IMG/VR virus record: IMGVR_UViG_3300048912_000204
DNA from: a virus
DNA: 64,000 nt
Direction: 5' to 3' (one strand)
The translations under genes and the position numbers were made by a program. This document shows positions 56,241-64,000 of the stretch, in pieces. The notes under the pieces were generated by a model that was given only the letters and a program-made list of their open reading frames with translations, did not search any database and was not told the DNA's origin. Positions within the stretch are counted from its first letter, which is position 1. The number at the start of each line of letters is the position of its first letter.

Positions 56241-57821
56241 TTATTTGCCCTTCCCGGCACCCTGACTACCGGTGGAACCCTTTGCCGCAGCGGCCTTCTG
56301 CTGGACCATCTTCGCGGCCTTGTTGATGCTCGCCCCGGCCTTCGCCAGCTCCGCCTTGCGCTGCACGTTCGCAGCCCCCACGGCCGCGCCCGACTGCGGG
56401 CCGCCCTGGGCCGCGAGCTGCTTCTGCGCGTCCAGACCCGTGCGCTTGGTCTCCAGCTCCAGGTCCATGCGCTCGTCAATGCGGTCGGCGAGCTGCTTGA
56501 ACTCCTGGTTGACCTCTTCCATCGGCATGTCGAGGTAGGTCCCCATCATGCGGGTCAGCTCCGTCATGAACGCCTGGGGGACGCGGAGTTCGGTCGGGGT
56601 CGTGCCGAACGCCGTCAGCAGCTCCTTGACGACGGTCAGGTCACCCTCGGACAGCGGCCCGAACTCGAACGTCGGGCAGACCGCGCCGGGGCCGAAGTTG
56701 TACATGACCAGGTCGGCGATCACGTAGTTCGTGATCGATTCGGCCAGCTCCCGCGCGGTGCCCGTCAGGGACTGGAGGAAGAAGTCGCTCTGGTCCTTGG
56801 ACAGGGCGTACGAACCGCCGGGGCTGTCGGGCAGGTTGGTGAACCCGGCCAGCACGGACGCGGCCATCTGGTTGTCCAGGTAGTCGATGAACTCCTTGAA
56901 CAGGGCGGCGGCCCCGGTGCCCAGCTCCAGCGTGCTGATGTCCGTCTCGGTCGACGTGCCCAGCACACCGCCGTTCTTCAGGTGCCGCAGCGCCTGCGCG
57001 TACTGCCGGGCCCGGGTCTCGTCCTCGGCCCGCACGACGTACCGGCCGGTGGCGTTGGCCTCCAGGAACGTCGCCCAGAGGAACAGCACCTTCTGCTTCT
57101 TGTCGTGGAGCCAGTAGATCAGCTCCATGTCGGAGTGACCGCGCGCGGCGTTGATGTGCTGGTTGTTCAGGTGCACCCAGGCGTACTGGGCGGGGATGTC
57201 CACCCAGATGTCCGGCCAGATCTCCCCGCCGACCGACACCGGGCGCTGCCGGAAGCCCCGGAACGCGCCGGACTTGGGGTCGCGGGCGATGGCCGTGGTG
57301 GGTGAGGGGCGGAACGCCAGCCGGTCGTAGACGACCTTGCCGTCCTTGTCGGTGAAGACCTTCTCGAAGCAGGCCTTGCGGTAGGTACGCGCGGAGAGAG
57401 CCTGCGCGATGACCAGGCGCATCGGGGTCTTCATGCCGCCCTGGTTCGCCGGGGTCGTCAGCGCCTTGGTGACGAACTCGGCCTCGCCCTTGTCCCCCGG
57501 TCCGGCGACGATCTTCCACGGCGCGGAGCGGATCGGGAGGGTGAGCACCTGCTGGATCGTGCGGGCCTTGCCGTCCTTGGCGAGCATTTCGTCAAGGGAC
57601 AGCGACCCCCATTCGTCCTCGTCCAGGAGAATGCGGCCGGGGATACCGGACCACGATGCGACATAAGCGTCGGTTGTGGTGAAAAGGCTACCGGCCTCCG
57701 TGTCAAGAACGACGTCGGGAGCCCCCTTCACCGTCTTGGTCGGTGCGGCCTTTTCAGGCGCGTTACCCGACGCGTAAAAGGGTGCCGATAACGGCACATC
57801 GCCAGCCTGCTCTGCGCCCAC
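56241..57821 (-). CDS. Portal protein (DUF935/Mu gp29-like)
   Basis: Follows terL; YRKACFEKVF, GHSDMELIYW, GSYALSKDQSDFF motifs. Confidence 0.88.
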   Translation of the reverse strand: MGAEQAGDVPLSAPFYASGNAPEKAAPTKTVKGAPDVVLDTEAGSLFTTTDAYVASWSGIPGRILLDEDEWGSLSLDEMLAKDGKARTIQQVLTLPIRSAPWKIVAGPGDKGEAEFVTKALTTPANQGGMKTPMRLVIAQALSARTYRKACFEKVFTDKDGKVVYDRLAFRPSPTTAIARDPKSGAFRGFRQRPVSVGGEIWPDIWVDIPAQYAWVHLNNQHINAARGHSDMELIYWLHDKKQKVLFLWATFLEANATGRYVVRAEDETRARQYAQALRHLKNGGVLGTSTETDISTLELGTGAAALFKEFIDYLDNQMAASVLAGFTNLPDSPGGSYALSKDQSDFFLQSLTGTARELAESITNYVIADLVMYNFGPGAVCPTFEFGPLSEGDLTVVKELLTAFGTTPTELRVPQAFMTELTRMMGTYLDMPMEEVNQEFKQLADRIDERMDLELETKRTGLDAQKQLAAQGGPQSGAAVGAANVQRKAELAKAGASINKAAKMVQQKAAAAKGSTGSQGAGKGK

Positions 57822-57879
57822 GGCACTCCCCTACTCCTGCGTATCTATCCGGCTTATGCTAACATTCGCGATTTTTGCG

Positions 57880-59586
57880 CTACCAGCCCGCGAGTTCCAT
57901 ATCCGAGGAGGAATCCCACTTCTCCACGACGGTCTCGGTATCGACGGGCGGGGCGTACCTCTCGTCCGGGTCCTTCCATCCGGAGTCCTTCATCTCCTCG
58001 GCGCTCTGCACGACCGAGGGGAGCCAGAAGGCGTGGATGATGGCGTCCGCGCGGTCGGTGGACCGGCCCAGACGCTTCTTGATGTCATCCTTCTTTTCGA
58101 TCTTGTACTTCGGGGTACCGGGCTGCGTGTCGAAGCGCGGGCAGGTCAGCTCCGCCAGCAGCTTTTCGTCCCTCGGGAACGCGATCGTCGCCCCGCCCCG
58201 GCGCGCCGGATTCAACAGCTCCCGCAGGTTCCACCAGGCCGCCGCACGGTCGTTGACGAACCCCATCTTCTTGGTGGTGTCCTTGCGCCCGGAGTTCGCC
58301 GCCGCGATGAACGCGTACGTGTCCTGAGAGTCGCGGCGCAGCTTGGCCACCACGCCGGAACCCACACCGATGCCGTCCACGATGTACTTCGCGTTCGTCG
58401 GGGCGCCGTGCTTGACCGCGATCTGCTGAAGGTCGTCGGCCGTGGTCAACGGGTCCTTGGAGGGGAACGCCAGCAGCTCGCGGACCACGTCGCCCTGACG
58501 GACCGCAGCCGTCGTCTCGTCCTCGCCGCCGTCGGAGATGTCCGCGCCGATGACGATGTCACCGGGCTGCTGCTGCTTCGGCTCGACCAGGCAGACCGGC
58601 TCCTCGGTGTCCGGGTCGATGATGTACGTGCCGTCCCGCCAGCGCTCCCAGCGGGCCATGGCAGCCTCGGCCCAGGCCAGCGGGATGACGCCCTCGGAGG
58701 ACGTCTCGGGGAACAGGGCCCGCACCTTGGACATGAACAGGGAACTGTCGGCGCCCCAGCCGACCATCGACTCGTAGACCCAGGTCGGGCCGACCAGCGT
58801 CTTCTGGAGCGTCGGGGAGACCTCTTCGGTGGAGAAGGGGATGCCCTCCGCCTTCATGTACTCCACCAGCTTGGGATACCGGGAGCATGCCTCCTCGGTC
58901 ATCAGCGGGCTGCGTAAGGCGTCGATGCGGATCTTGTTCCACTTCTCGCCGAGCGGAGACTCCGGGTTGCACACGGAGCGGAAGTGGGAGCCCGGGTCGG
59001 TGGGGTTCCCGATGGCCAGCACGCGGGAGGACTCGTTGGTGACCAGGGAGTCGACGGCGTCCCAGATGGACCGGTCGACGCCGCACGCCTCATCGATCAC
59101 GACCAAGATCTTTTCGGCGTGGAAACCCTGGAACGCGGAGTCTTCCTTGTCCGGGGGCTTCTGGCCGATACCGACCAGCTCGCCGTTGATCTTCCACGAG
59201 GGGATCGGGGAGGACAGGATCTGACCGGGGATGGGGAAGCCGCGTTCGGCCGCGAGGTTGTGGGCGCGCTGGATGTAGCGCCACAGGATGGAGGCCACCT
59301 GGCGGGCTGTGGGCGCCGTGGTGACGAGGAAGACCTCGTTCATGGGGATGGTGGCGATCCACCAGGCTGCGAGCCGGGATGCGAGGTGGGACTTGCCTGC
59401 GGCGTGACAGGACTGGACGGCTGTGAATCGGTGGTCCCGGACGGATTCGCAGATCTGTGTCTGCATGGACCACATGTCCTCGCCGAGGACGTCGTTAACC
59501 CAGCGGGCGGGATTGCGGTGGTCGTCCTTTTTGGCCTGTAACTCGTAGAGAACGGCAAGCCTGTCCGCCCATGCGCTACCTGCCAC
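57880..59586 (-). CDS. terL: Terminase large subunit
   Basis: Walker A SCHAAGKS, Walker B VVIDEA, IGNP coupling motif, nuclease IGADIS...DGIGVG...STDRADA. Confidence 0.92.
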   Translation of the reverse strand: MAGSAWADRLAVLYELQAKKDDHRNPARWVNDVLGEDMWSMQTQICESVRDHRFTAVQSCHAAGKSHLASRLAAWWIATIPMNEVFLVTTAPTARQVASILWRYIQRAHNLAAERGFPIPGQILSSPIPSWKINGELVGIGQKPPDKEDSAFQGFHAEKILVVIDEACGVDRSIWDAVDSLVTNESSRVLAIGNPTDPGSHFRSVCNPESPLGEKWNKIRIDALRSPLMTEEACSRYPKLVEYMKAEGIPFSTEEVSPTLQKTLVGPTWVYESMVGWGADSSLFMSKVRALFPETSSEGVIPLAWAEAAMARWERWRDGTYIIDPDTEEPVCLVEPKQQQPGDIVIGADISDGGEDETTAAVRQGDVVRELLAFPSKDPLTTADDLQQIAVKHGAPTNAKYIVDGIGVGSGVVAKLRRDSQDTYAFIAAANSGRKDTTKKMGFVNDRAAAWWNLRELLNPARRGGATIAFPRDEKLLAELTCPRFDTQPGTPKYKIEKKDDIKKRLGRSTDRADAIIHAFWLPSVVQSAEEMKDSGWKDPDERYAPPVDTETVVEKWDSSSDMELAGW

Positions 59587-59663
59587 ACCCGCCCCTTTTC
59601 CCCGCTAAATCCGACCCTTGTACACGCATTGTACGGAAAGATCCAGCGGGGAAAACAGGTGAG

Positions 59664-60032
59664 CTATTTGGATCCGGTGCCGCCCCCGTATCCGTGCTCT
59701 TTCACGAATGCTTCGACGGCTTCATTGAGGGATTCTCCGGCCTTGTCGGTGAGCGTTCCGACGTACCGGCTGAACGTCATCAGTTCGTGCCCGGTCTTCA
59801 CCCGCTCCGTGGTGACGATGTAGGGCCACTCGTCGCCGTCGGGGTCATGCCGGTCCAGCCAGTGCTGGACGAACGACCGGGTGTCCGGTCCGCCCTTCTC
59901 GGCCAGCTCCGGGGCGAACGTGTTCAGCAGCCGCAGGTGAATGCTCTTGGTGTCCCCGAAGCCCTGGTCCAGGACCACGATCAGGGTGTCTCCGTCGTGC
60001 GTGGCGGTGACCCGGGCCCGCCGGTCCCACAT
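59664..60032 (-). CDS. Thermonuclease (SNase-like) family nuclease
   Basis: DGDT, RLLNTFAPE and TFSRY motifs. Confidence 0.78.
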   Translation of the reverse strand: MWDRRARVTATHDGDTLIVVLDQGFGDTKSIHLRLLNTFAPELAEKGGPDTRSFVQHWLDRHDPDGDEWPYIVTTERVKTGHELMTFSRYVGTLTDKAGESLNEAVEAFVKEHGYGGGTGSK

Positions 60033-60377
60033 TCAGTACTCTCCGGCCGAGGTCTCAGGCATCGCGGCCAGGTCTTCCTTCATGTGGCGCTTCATCCGCG
60101 ACCGGGCGTCCTCGCGCAGCCGCGTCTTGAGCCGGTGGTCCCGCAGCTCCTCCTTGAGCGAGGCGCGGGCCGCGAACGACCGGGCCTGGGACTCGAAGAA
60201 GTCCGCGAAGGCGCCGACGACCGCGCCGATGGCGTCCAGGGCGTCGATGAGCAGGCACGTCGGCGTCCAGCGCAGGGACGGCAGATCGGTGCTCTCGATC
60301 TTCCCCGCCACGTACACGGCGGTGAGAGCGTCGTCCTCGGAGTCGAAGTGTTCGTCAGACATGGGATCCTCCGTCAC
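60033..60377 (-). CDS. Hypothetical protein
   Basis: Start overlaps the phosphoesterase stop; helical content. Confidence 0.6.
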   Translation of the reverse strand: MTEDPMSDEHFDSEDDALTAVYVAGKIESTDLPSLRWTPTCLLIDALDAIGAVVGAFADFFESQARSFAARASLKEELRDHRLKTRLREDARSRMKRHMKEDLAAMPETSAGEY

Positions 60378-61627
60378 AGAATTTCAAGGTCGGACCAGCC
60401 GTCCGAACCCACGGAAAACACCAGGAGCCCCGCACGGGAGTCGTCCCCGCTGGTGTTCGAGTACCAGGAAGACCCGTTGTCGAGGGCCGGAGCCTGGAGC
60501 CAGAGCTTCCCGGACCCCACCTCTTCCGCCCGGAAATGGTGGAAATGCCCGGTCAGGAGGATGCGGGCGGCAGCGACCGGCTGCTCCCCGAACGTCTGGC
60601 CGCGCCACCAGTCCACGATCTTGCCGGGGCTGCGGACCTGGTGGCCGTGCGAGAGACCGACGACGGTCCCGGCGACGTCCACGGACACGGTCTCCTGCCA
60701 CTTCTCCGGCAGGACGAACCGCACGTGGCCGTAGGCGTCGGGGTTGCAGTTGAACGCGTCGGCGACCTGCTGCATCGTCTCGATGCCCCAGTCATCGCTG
60801 GGCGGGCCGACCATCTTCCCGTTCACCCGGTGCTGGGCGTGGTTGGAGGCGGCGACCGCTGCGGTGACGGAGTCGAACTGCCGGGCGAGCCGGTTGAGCC
60901 CGTCGAAGGTCAGGCGCCTGTGCAGGCGGACCATCTCGGTCATCGTCAGGTCGTTCGTGCCGAGCTGCGCGGCCACGTTCTGCTGGCCCTCGATGCAGTC
61001 CCCTGCGTCCATCCAGAATGCGGAGTCGACCGGGCGGCCCACGGCCTTGAGGTCGCGGACGTGGTCCTGGAGCCGGTCGAACTTCTCGGCTACGCGGGCG
61101 ATCAGCTCGGGGGTGCCGCCCCGGCGGTCGACCTTGCCGGTCTGGGGGTCGGCGTAGGCGACCACGAGGCCCCGGGAGGCCGCTGCGAGGCGCCTGGGGG
61201 TCCTCTTGACCCTCATGGCGTCCCGGACCATCGTCGCGACGTCCTCGGCCCCGTAGCCCGCCATGGTGGCCGGTGCGACACGGAACTTCAGGCGCCAGAC
61301 GGCCTGGGTGACGGCGTCCTCGCCCTCGGCCGCGCGGGTCCAGGCGGCCGGGTCGTACTTGGCCTCGGCAAGCTGGACGGTCCAGCCCTCGGGAACGGTG
61401 AGCCCCAGCTCCTCGACGGCAGCCTTCCAGGCGTTCTGGTCCTGCGGTCCGGTCGTGGTGGGGGCGGTGACGACGGTCATGGAGCCGTCGGCACCGAAAG
61501 CGACGCCGGGCTGCCACTCGCGGCCGACGGGGGCCGTGGGGTTCACTCCGGCCCTGGACGGTGCTGCCTGGCCCTGGGAGAGCCGCAGCAGGTCGTCCAG
61601 GTCGCGGGATAACCCGCTGCCGCTCAC
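60374..61627 (-). CDS. Calcineurin-like metallophosphoesterase
   Basis: ADPQ, AGDCIEG, SNH, SHGH and TGHFHH motifs. Confidence 0.85.
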   Translation of the reverse strand: MSGSGLSRDLDDLLRLSQGQAAPSRAGVNPTAPVGREWQPGVAFGADGSMTVVTAPTTTGPQDQNAWKAAVEELGLTVPEGWTVQLAEAKYDPAAWTRAAEGEDAVTQAVWRLKFRVAPATMAGYGAEDVATMVRDAMRVKRTPRRLAAASRGLVVAYADPQTGKVDRRGGTPELIARVAEKFDRLQDHVRDLKAVGRPVDSAFWMDAGDCIEGQQNVAAQLGTNDLTMTEMVRLHRRLTFDGLNRLARQFDSVTAAVAASNHAQHRVNGKMVGPPSDDWGIETMQQVADAFNCNPDAYGHVRFVLPEKWQETVSVDVAGTVVGLSHGHQVRSPGKIVDWWRGQTFGEQPVAAARILLTGHFHHFRAEEVGSGKLWLQAPALDNGSSWYSNTSGDDSRAGLLVFSVGSDGWSDLEIL

Positions 61628-61890
61628 GCGGCTTCCTGCGGGCAGTGGCAGCCGGAGGACTGGCCGCGCTTGCGGTGGCGCAGGACGGTCTTGTCGGCGA
61701 CCGGGTAGCCGTTGCTGGTGAGGGCTCCGGCGATGACGGAGCCGGGGATCTCGGGGTTGTCGATGACGCGGGTGAGGTTGGTGCGCTCGTCCTCGGAGAG
61801 CTGGCTCATGATCCGGGCGACGGTGCACTGCGGTCCCGGGAAGGTGCCCCGCCGGGACTCGATTTTCGACAGGTCGGCTATGAGGCTCAT
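61624..61890 (-). CDS. Small Cys/His protein coupled to the phosphoesterase
   Basis: CTVA...LRHRKRG...CHC; GTGA overlap. Confidence 0.7.
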   Translation of the reverse strand: MSLIADLSKIESRRGTFPGPQCTVARIMSQLSEDERTNLTRVIDNPEIPGSVIAGALTSNGYPVADKTVLRHRKRGQSSGCHCPQEAA

Positions 61891-62127
61891 GATCCCCTAC
61901 AGGTGCGTACAGGTCCCGTGTAAGTGGACCGATTATTTCCGGCTACTTGCACGTTAGCTTACCGGGGACGTTTAAGGGAGCCTGCAACTAAGCCTGCAAA
62001 AGGCCGATCGAATCTTCTCGGATAAGAGGATAGATATAGCAGGTTGACGGTATCCCCTAAGATTCCTCTGAGCCTCCTGGGACGCCAGCCCCTGTAGAGG
62101 CCCCAACTCACTCCAGGGGGAGCCCAC

Positions 62128-62622
62128 ATGAGCCAGACGACGCAGCCGGTGACGCCCCAGGCCGAGCCGCCCAAGAAGAAGCGCAAGGGCCTGTACTTCC
62201 TTCTGATCGTCGCGGTCTTCGTCGTGATCGGGATCGCGGCGTCGTCCAACGGCGACAAGGACTCCTCGGAGCCCCCGGCCTTCTCCAAGGGCACCGGCAG
62301 CCACCAGAGCGCCGCGAAGCCGGAGCCGAAGGCCGTGGACGCGTTCAAGGCGTACGTGGAGAAGAACGGCACGGCCGTCGAGAAGGCCGCCGCCAAGCAC
62401 GTCACCAAGGTCCAGGGCGCGGACGGCAACAACGACATCCTGGACGCGGCGGACATCTACACCGACTACGCGGGTGACATGGTCAGCGACGACGCCGGAC
62501 GCGGCAAGCTGCTCGCCGCCGCGTTCGCCGACTGGCAGCAGAGCCGGGGCAAGGAGTCCAAGAACGGCCTGGTCACCGTCTACAACAATACCGGCGACAT
62601 TCTCAGCAACGGCAAGTACTAG
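62128..62622 (+). CDS. Membrane-anchored exported protein
   Basis: KKKRK followed by one transmembrane helix and a polar extracellular domain; GGGGAG RBS; strongly GC3-biased. Confidence 0.75.
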   Translation: MSQTTQPVTPQAEPPKKKRKGLYFLLIVAVFVVIGIAASSNGDKDSSEPPAFSKGTGSHQSAAKPEPKAVDAFKAYVEKNGTAVEKAAAKHVTKVQGADGNNDILDAADIYTDYAGDMVSDDAGRGKLLAAAFADWQQSRGKESKNGLVTVYNNTGDILSNGKY

Positions 62623-62633
62623 ACCCGCACGCG

Positions 62634-62671
62634 CCGAAGGGGCAGGGAGAGTGATCTCCCTGCCCCTTCGG
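62634..62671. terminator. Bidirectional terminator
   Basis: 17-bp perfect stem CCGAAGGGGCAGGGAGA-GTGA-TCTCCCTGCCCCTTCGG. Confidence 0.75.
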
Positions 62672-62674
62672 CAT

Positions 62675-62752
62675 TTAGCGTCTGTTTGCGGTCCACGGGT
62701 GGGCCTTGTAGGGGTAGGGCATCTTGGGGAAGGGCGGGAGGGAGAGGGGCAT
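62675..62752 (-). CDS. 25-aa Pro-rich peptide with its own promoter
   Basis: MPLSLPPFPKMPYPYKAHPWTANRR; GGAG RBS; TTGCAC-N18-TAGGGT promoter upstream. Confidence 0.4.
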   Translation of the reverse strand: MPLSLPPFPKMPYPYKAHPWTANRR

Positions 62753-62782
62753 GCTGAACTCCATGTACTTGACGATATATCT

Positions 62783-62812
62783 ACCCTAGCAAGGAAGGGC
62801 GGGAGGGTGCAA
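62783..62812 (-). promoter_or_regulatory. Sigma70/HrdB-type promoter
   Basis: Minus strand TTGCAC-N18-TAGGGT with extended TG. Confidence 0.65.
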
Positions 62813-62823
62813 ATCCCCGCCCC

Positions 62824-62991
62824 TCAGTCCTGCTTGGTCTGCCGGACGACCGGCGGATCCGGGCACAGCGGGTCCGTCACGCCGCCGCCCAGATCGTGCG
62901 CCCAGGCGAGTCCGGTCCGGAACTTCTCGTACACGATCCGCCCCCCGCACCACGGGCAATGCGTCAGCGGAACGTCCGCCGATGTGTGCAT
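62824..62991 (-). CDS. Small zinc-binding protein (55 aa)
   Basis: Manual translation MHTSADVPLTHCPWCGG...WAH...CPDP; better frame than track ORF 62786..63010. Confidence 0.6.
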   Translation of the reverse strand: MHTSADVPLTHCPWCGGRIVYEKFRTGLAWAHDLGGGVTDPLCPDPPVVRQTKQD

Positions 62992-63072
62992 AGTGATCAC
63001 TTCCTGGCATACCGACCCGGAATATCTACACTAGCGCGCGGCCGTGGCGCGGGGTGGCGGAACGGGGCGTAC

Positions 63073-63618
63073 TCAGGTGTCCAGGAACGTCAGGATGACC
63101 GGGTCCACCCCGTACACGGCCTGGAAGCCGCTGTAGAGGGCCTGGCCGGGCAGCGTGAGGGTTTCCTTGGTGACCTGGAAGTACCGGCCCAGGCGGGCGT
63201 CCCAGAGGCTCTGGTGGGTCGATCCGAGGAACACCGCCACCAGCAGGGGCACGCTGAGATCGTCCTGCCCGAGGGTTCCGAACAGCGCCCGGCGGAGCGG
63301 GCTGGTCTCCCCCTCCCCTTCCGCTGCCGTGACCAGCTTTTCGAGTGTCATCGAGTGATCGAACCAAGAGTTGCGGTGCTCGTAGGGCACAAAGACCTGG
63401 GAGCACTCGGGGCTGACGCACACGTCCGGTCGGTTGATCATGAGGCGGGGCCGGGAGAGGTAGGCGGTCACGTCAACGTGGCAGTTGTTGCCGTACACGT
63501 TGGGGCCGGGGACATCTCCGTCGGTCATCGCCTCGGGGACGATCATCCAGGCGAACAGGCCGCCCTCCCCCGAGTCGGTCAGGTCCAGCGTGCCCGGCCA
63601 GTTGACCAGTTCTTCCAT
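63073..63618 (-). CDS. Hypothetical protein (181 aa)
   Basis: GAGGA RBS; coding-like codon use. Confidence 0.6.
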   Translation of the reverse strand: MEELVNWPGTLDLTDSGEGGLFAWMIVPEAMTDGDVPGPNVYGNNCHVDVTAYLSRPRLMINRPDVCVSPECSQVFVPYEHRNSWFDHSMTLEKLVTAAEGEGETSPLRRALFGTLGQDDLSVPLLVAVFLGSTHQSLWDARLGRYFQVTKETLTLPGQALYSGFQAVYGVDPVILTFLDT

Positions 63619-63671
63619 GGGAATTCCTCTCTAAACGGGTGAAGGGGCCCCGAAGGGCCCCTTGTTGGGTG

Positions 63672-64000
63672 TTACCAGCCCATCTTGTCTGCACAGATGG
63701 GGCCGATGCCCTTCGCGACGGACTCTGCGTTCGTCAGGAGCTTGGAGCAGATGCAGCAGTGTCCCGTCTTTTTGCCGAACTTCGCCGCCTGCGCCTCCGT
63801 CAGCTTGTCGGCCAGCGTCAGGGTCTTGACGATGCCCGGGGCGTAGGCCCACTTGGAGTGCCCGCCGGTCCAAACCTTCGCGTACTTCGCGCCCGACGTC
63901 TTCGAGGTCTGGACCTTGTAGACGTTGTCGCCTACGCAGTAGAAGCCCTCAGGGACGATCTCCGTGGCAACCGCCTTGACCTGCGTGCTCTGCGTGCCCG
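63672..64000 (-). CDS. DUF6011-like zinc-finger protein, truncated at the window edge
   Basis: Manual translation ends GHCCICSKLLTNAESVAKGIGPICADKMGW. Confidence 0.75.
   Translation of the reverse strand, partial: GTQSTQVKAVATEIVPEGFYCVGDNVYKVQTSKTSGAKYAKVWTGGHSKWAYAPGIVKTLTLADKLTEAQAAKFGKKTGHCCICSKLLTNAESVAKGIGPICADKMGW

Noticed and set aside
62786-63010. 74-aa track ORF
   Set aside because: The alternative frame 62824..62991 has a better RBS and a Cys/His motif, and it does not overlap the downstream promoter.
1-64000. tRNA genes, integrase/att site, DGR or retron reverse transcriptase
   Set aside because: I saw no T-loop/cloverleaf, tyrosine or serine recombinase, or YADD-type RT motif. 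The YADDD in polA is the exonuclease III motif. A tRNAscan-SE run would be needed to exclude tRNAs firmly.

Overview
This window is about 64 kb of a high-GC siphovirus genome, most likely a Streptomyces phage (inferred from codon usage, gene families and TAGGGT-type -10 promoters; the host is not stated in the sequence). Almost all genes are on the minus strand. The morphogenesis module runs terL, portal, MuF, two ADP-ribosyltransferase cargo proteins, a beta-helix fibre, Mu-type prohead protease/scaffold, decoration protein, MCP, head-tail connectors, MTP, tail chaperone with a -1 frameshift, tape measure, minor tails and a lysis cassette. A replication and nucleotide-metabolism module follows (SNF2-like helicase, RuvC-like protein, exonuclease, ThyX, dATP/dGTP diphosphohydrolase, AAA ATPase, SSB, PolA), then a terS-like gene, small early genes, a papain-like peptidase and two more fibre genes. 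A plus-strand helicase-like gene with an iteron-rich putative origin sits inside the head module. There are four free-standing HNH endonucleases. I saw no integrase, tRNA or CRISPR array. Three observations stand out. (1) The rare, bldA-dependent TTA codon occurs about 43 times by hand count in 25 mostly packaging, virion and lysis genes, and I found none in the replication genes or HNHs, suggesting late genes are gated by host development. (2) A head-tail connector gene is interrupted by a 17-nt out-of-frame gap with matched GUC/GUU codons, next to a divergent HNH gene, resembling the T4 gene 60/MobA bypass cassette. (3) The head-associated ART and kinase-ART proteins carry [VI]xL[SA] motifs at domain borders that also recur in the protease/scaffold. 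All functional calls come from motif recognition by eye; no database searches were run.
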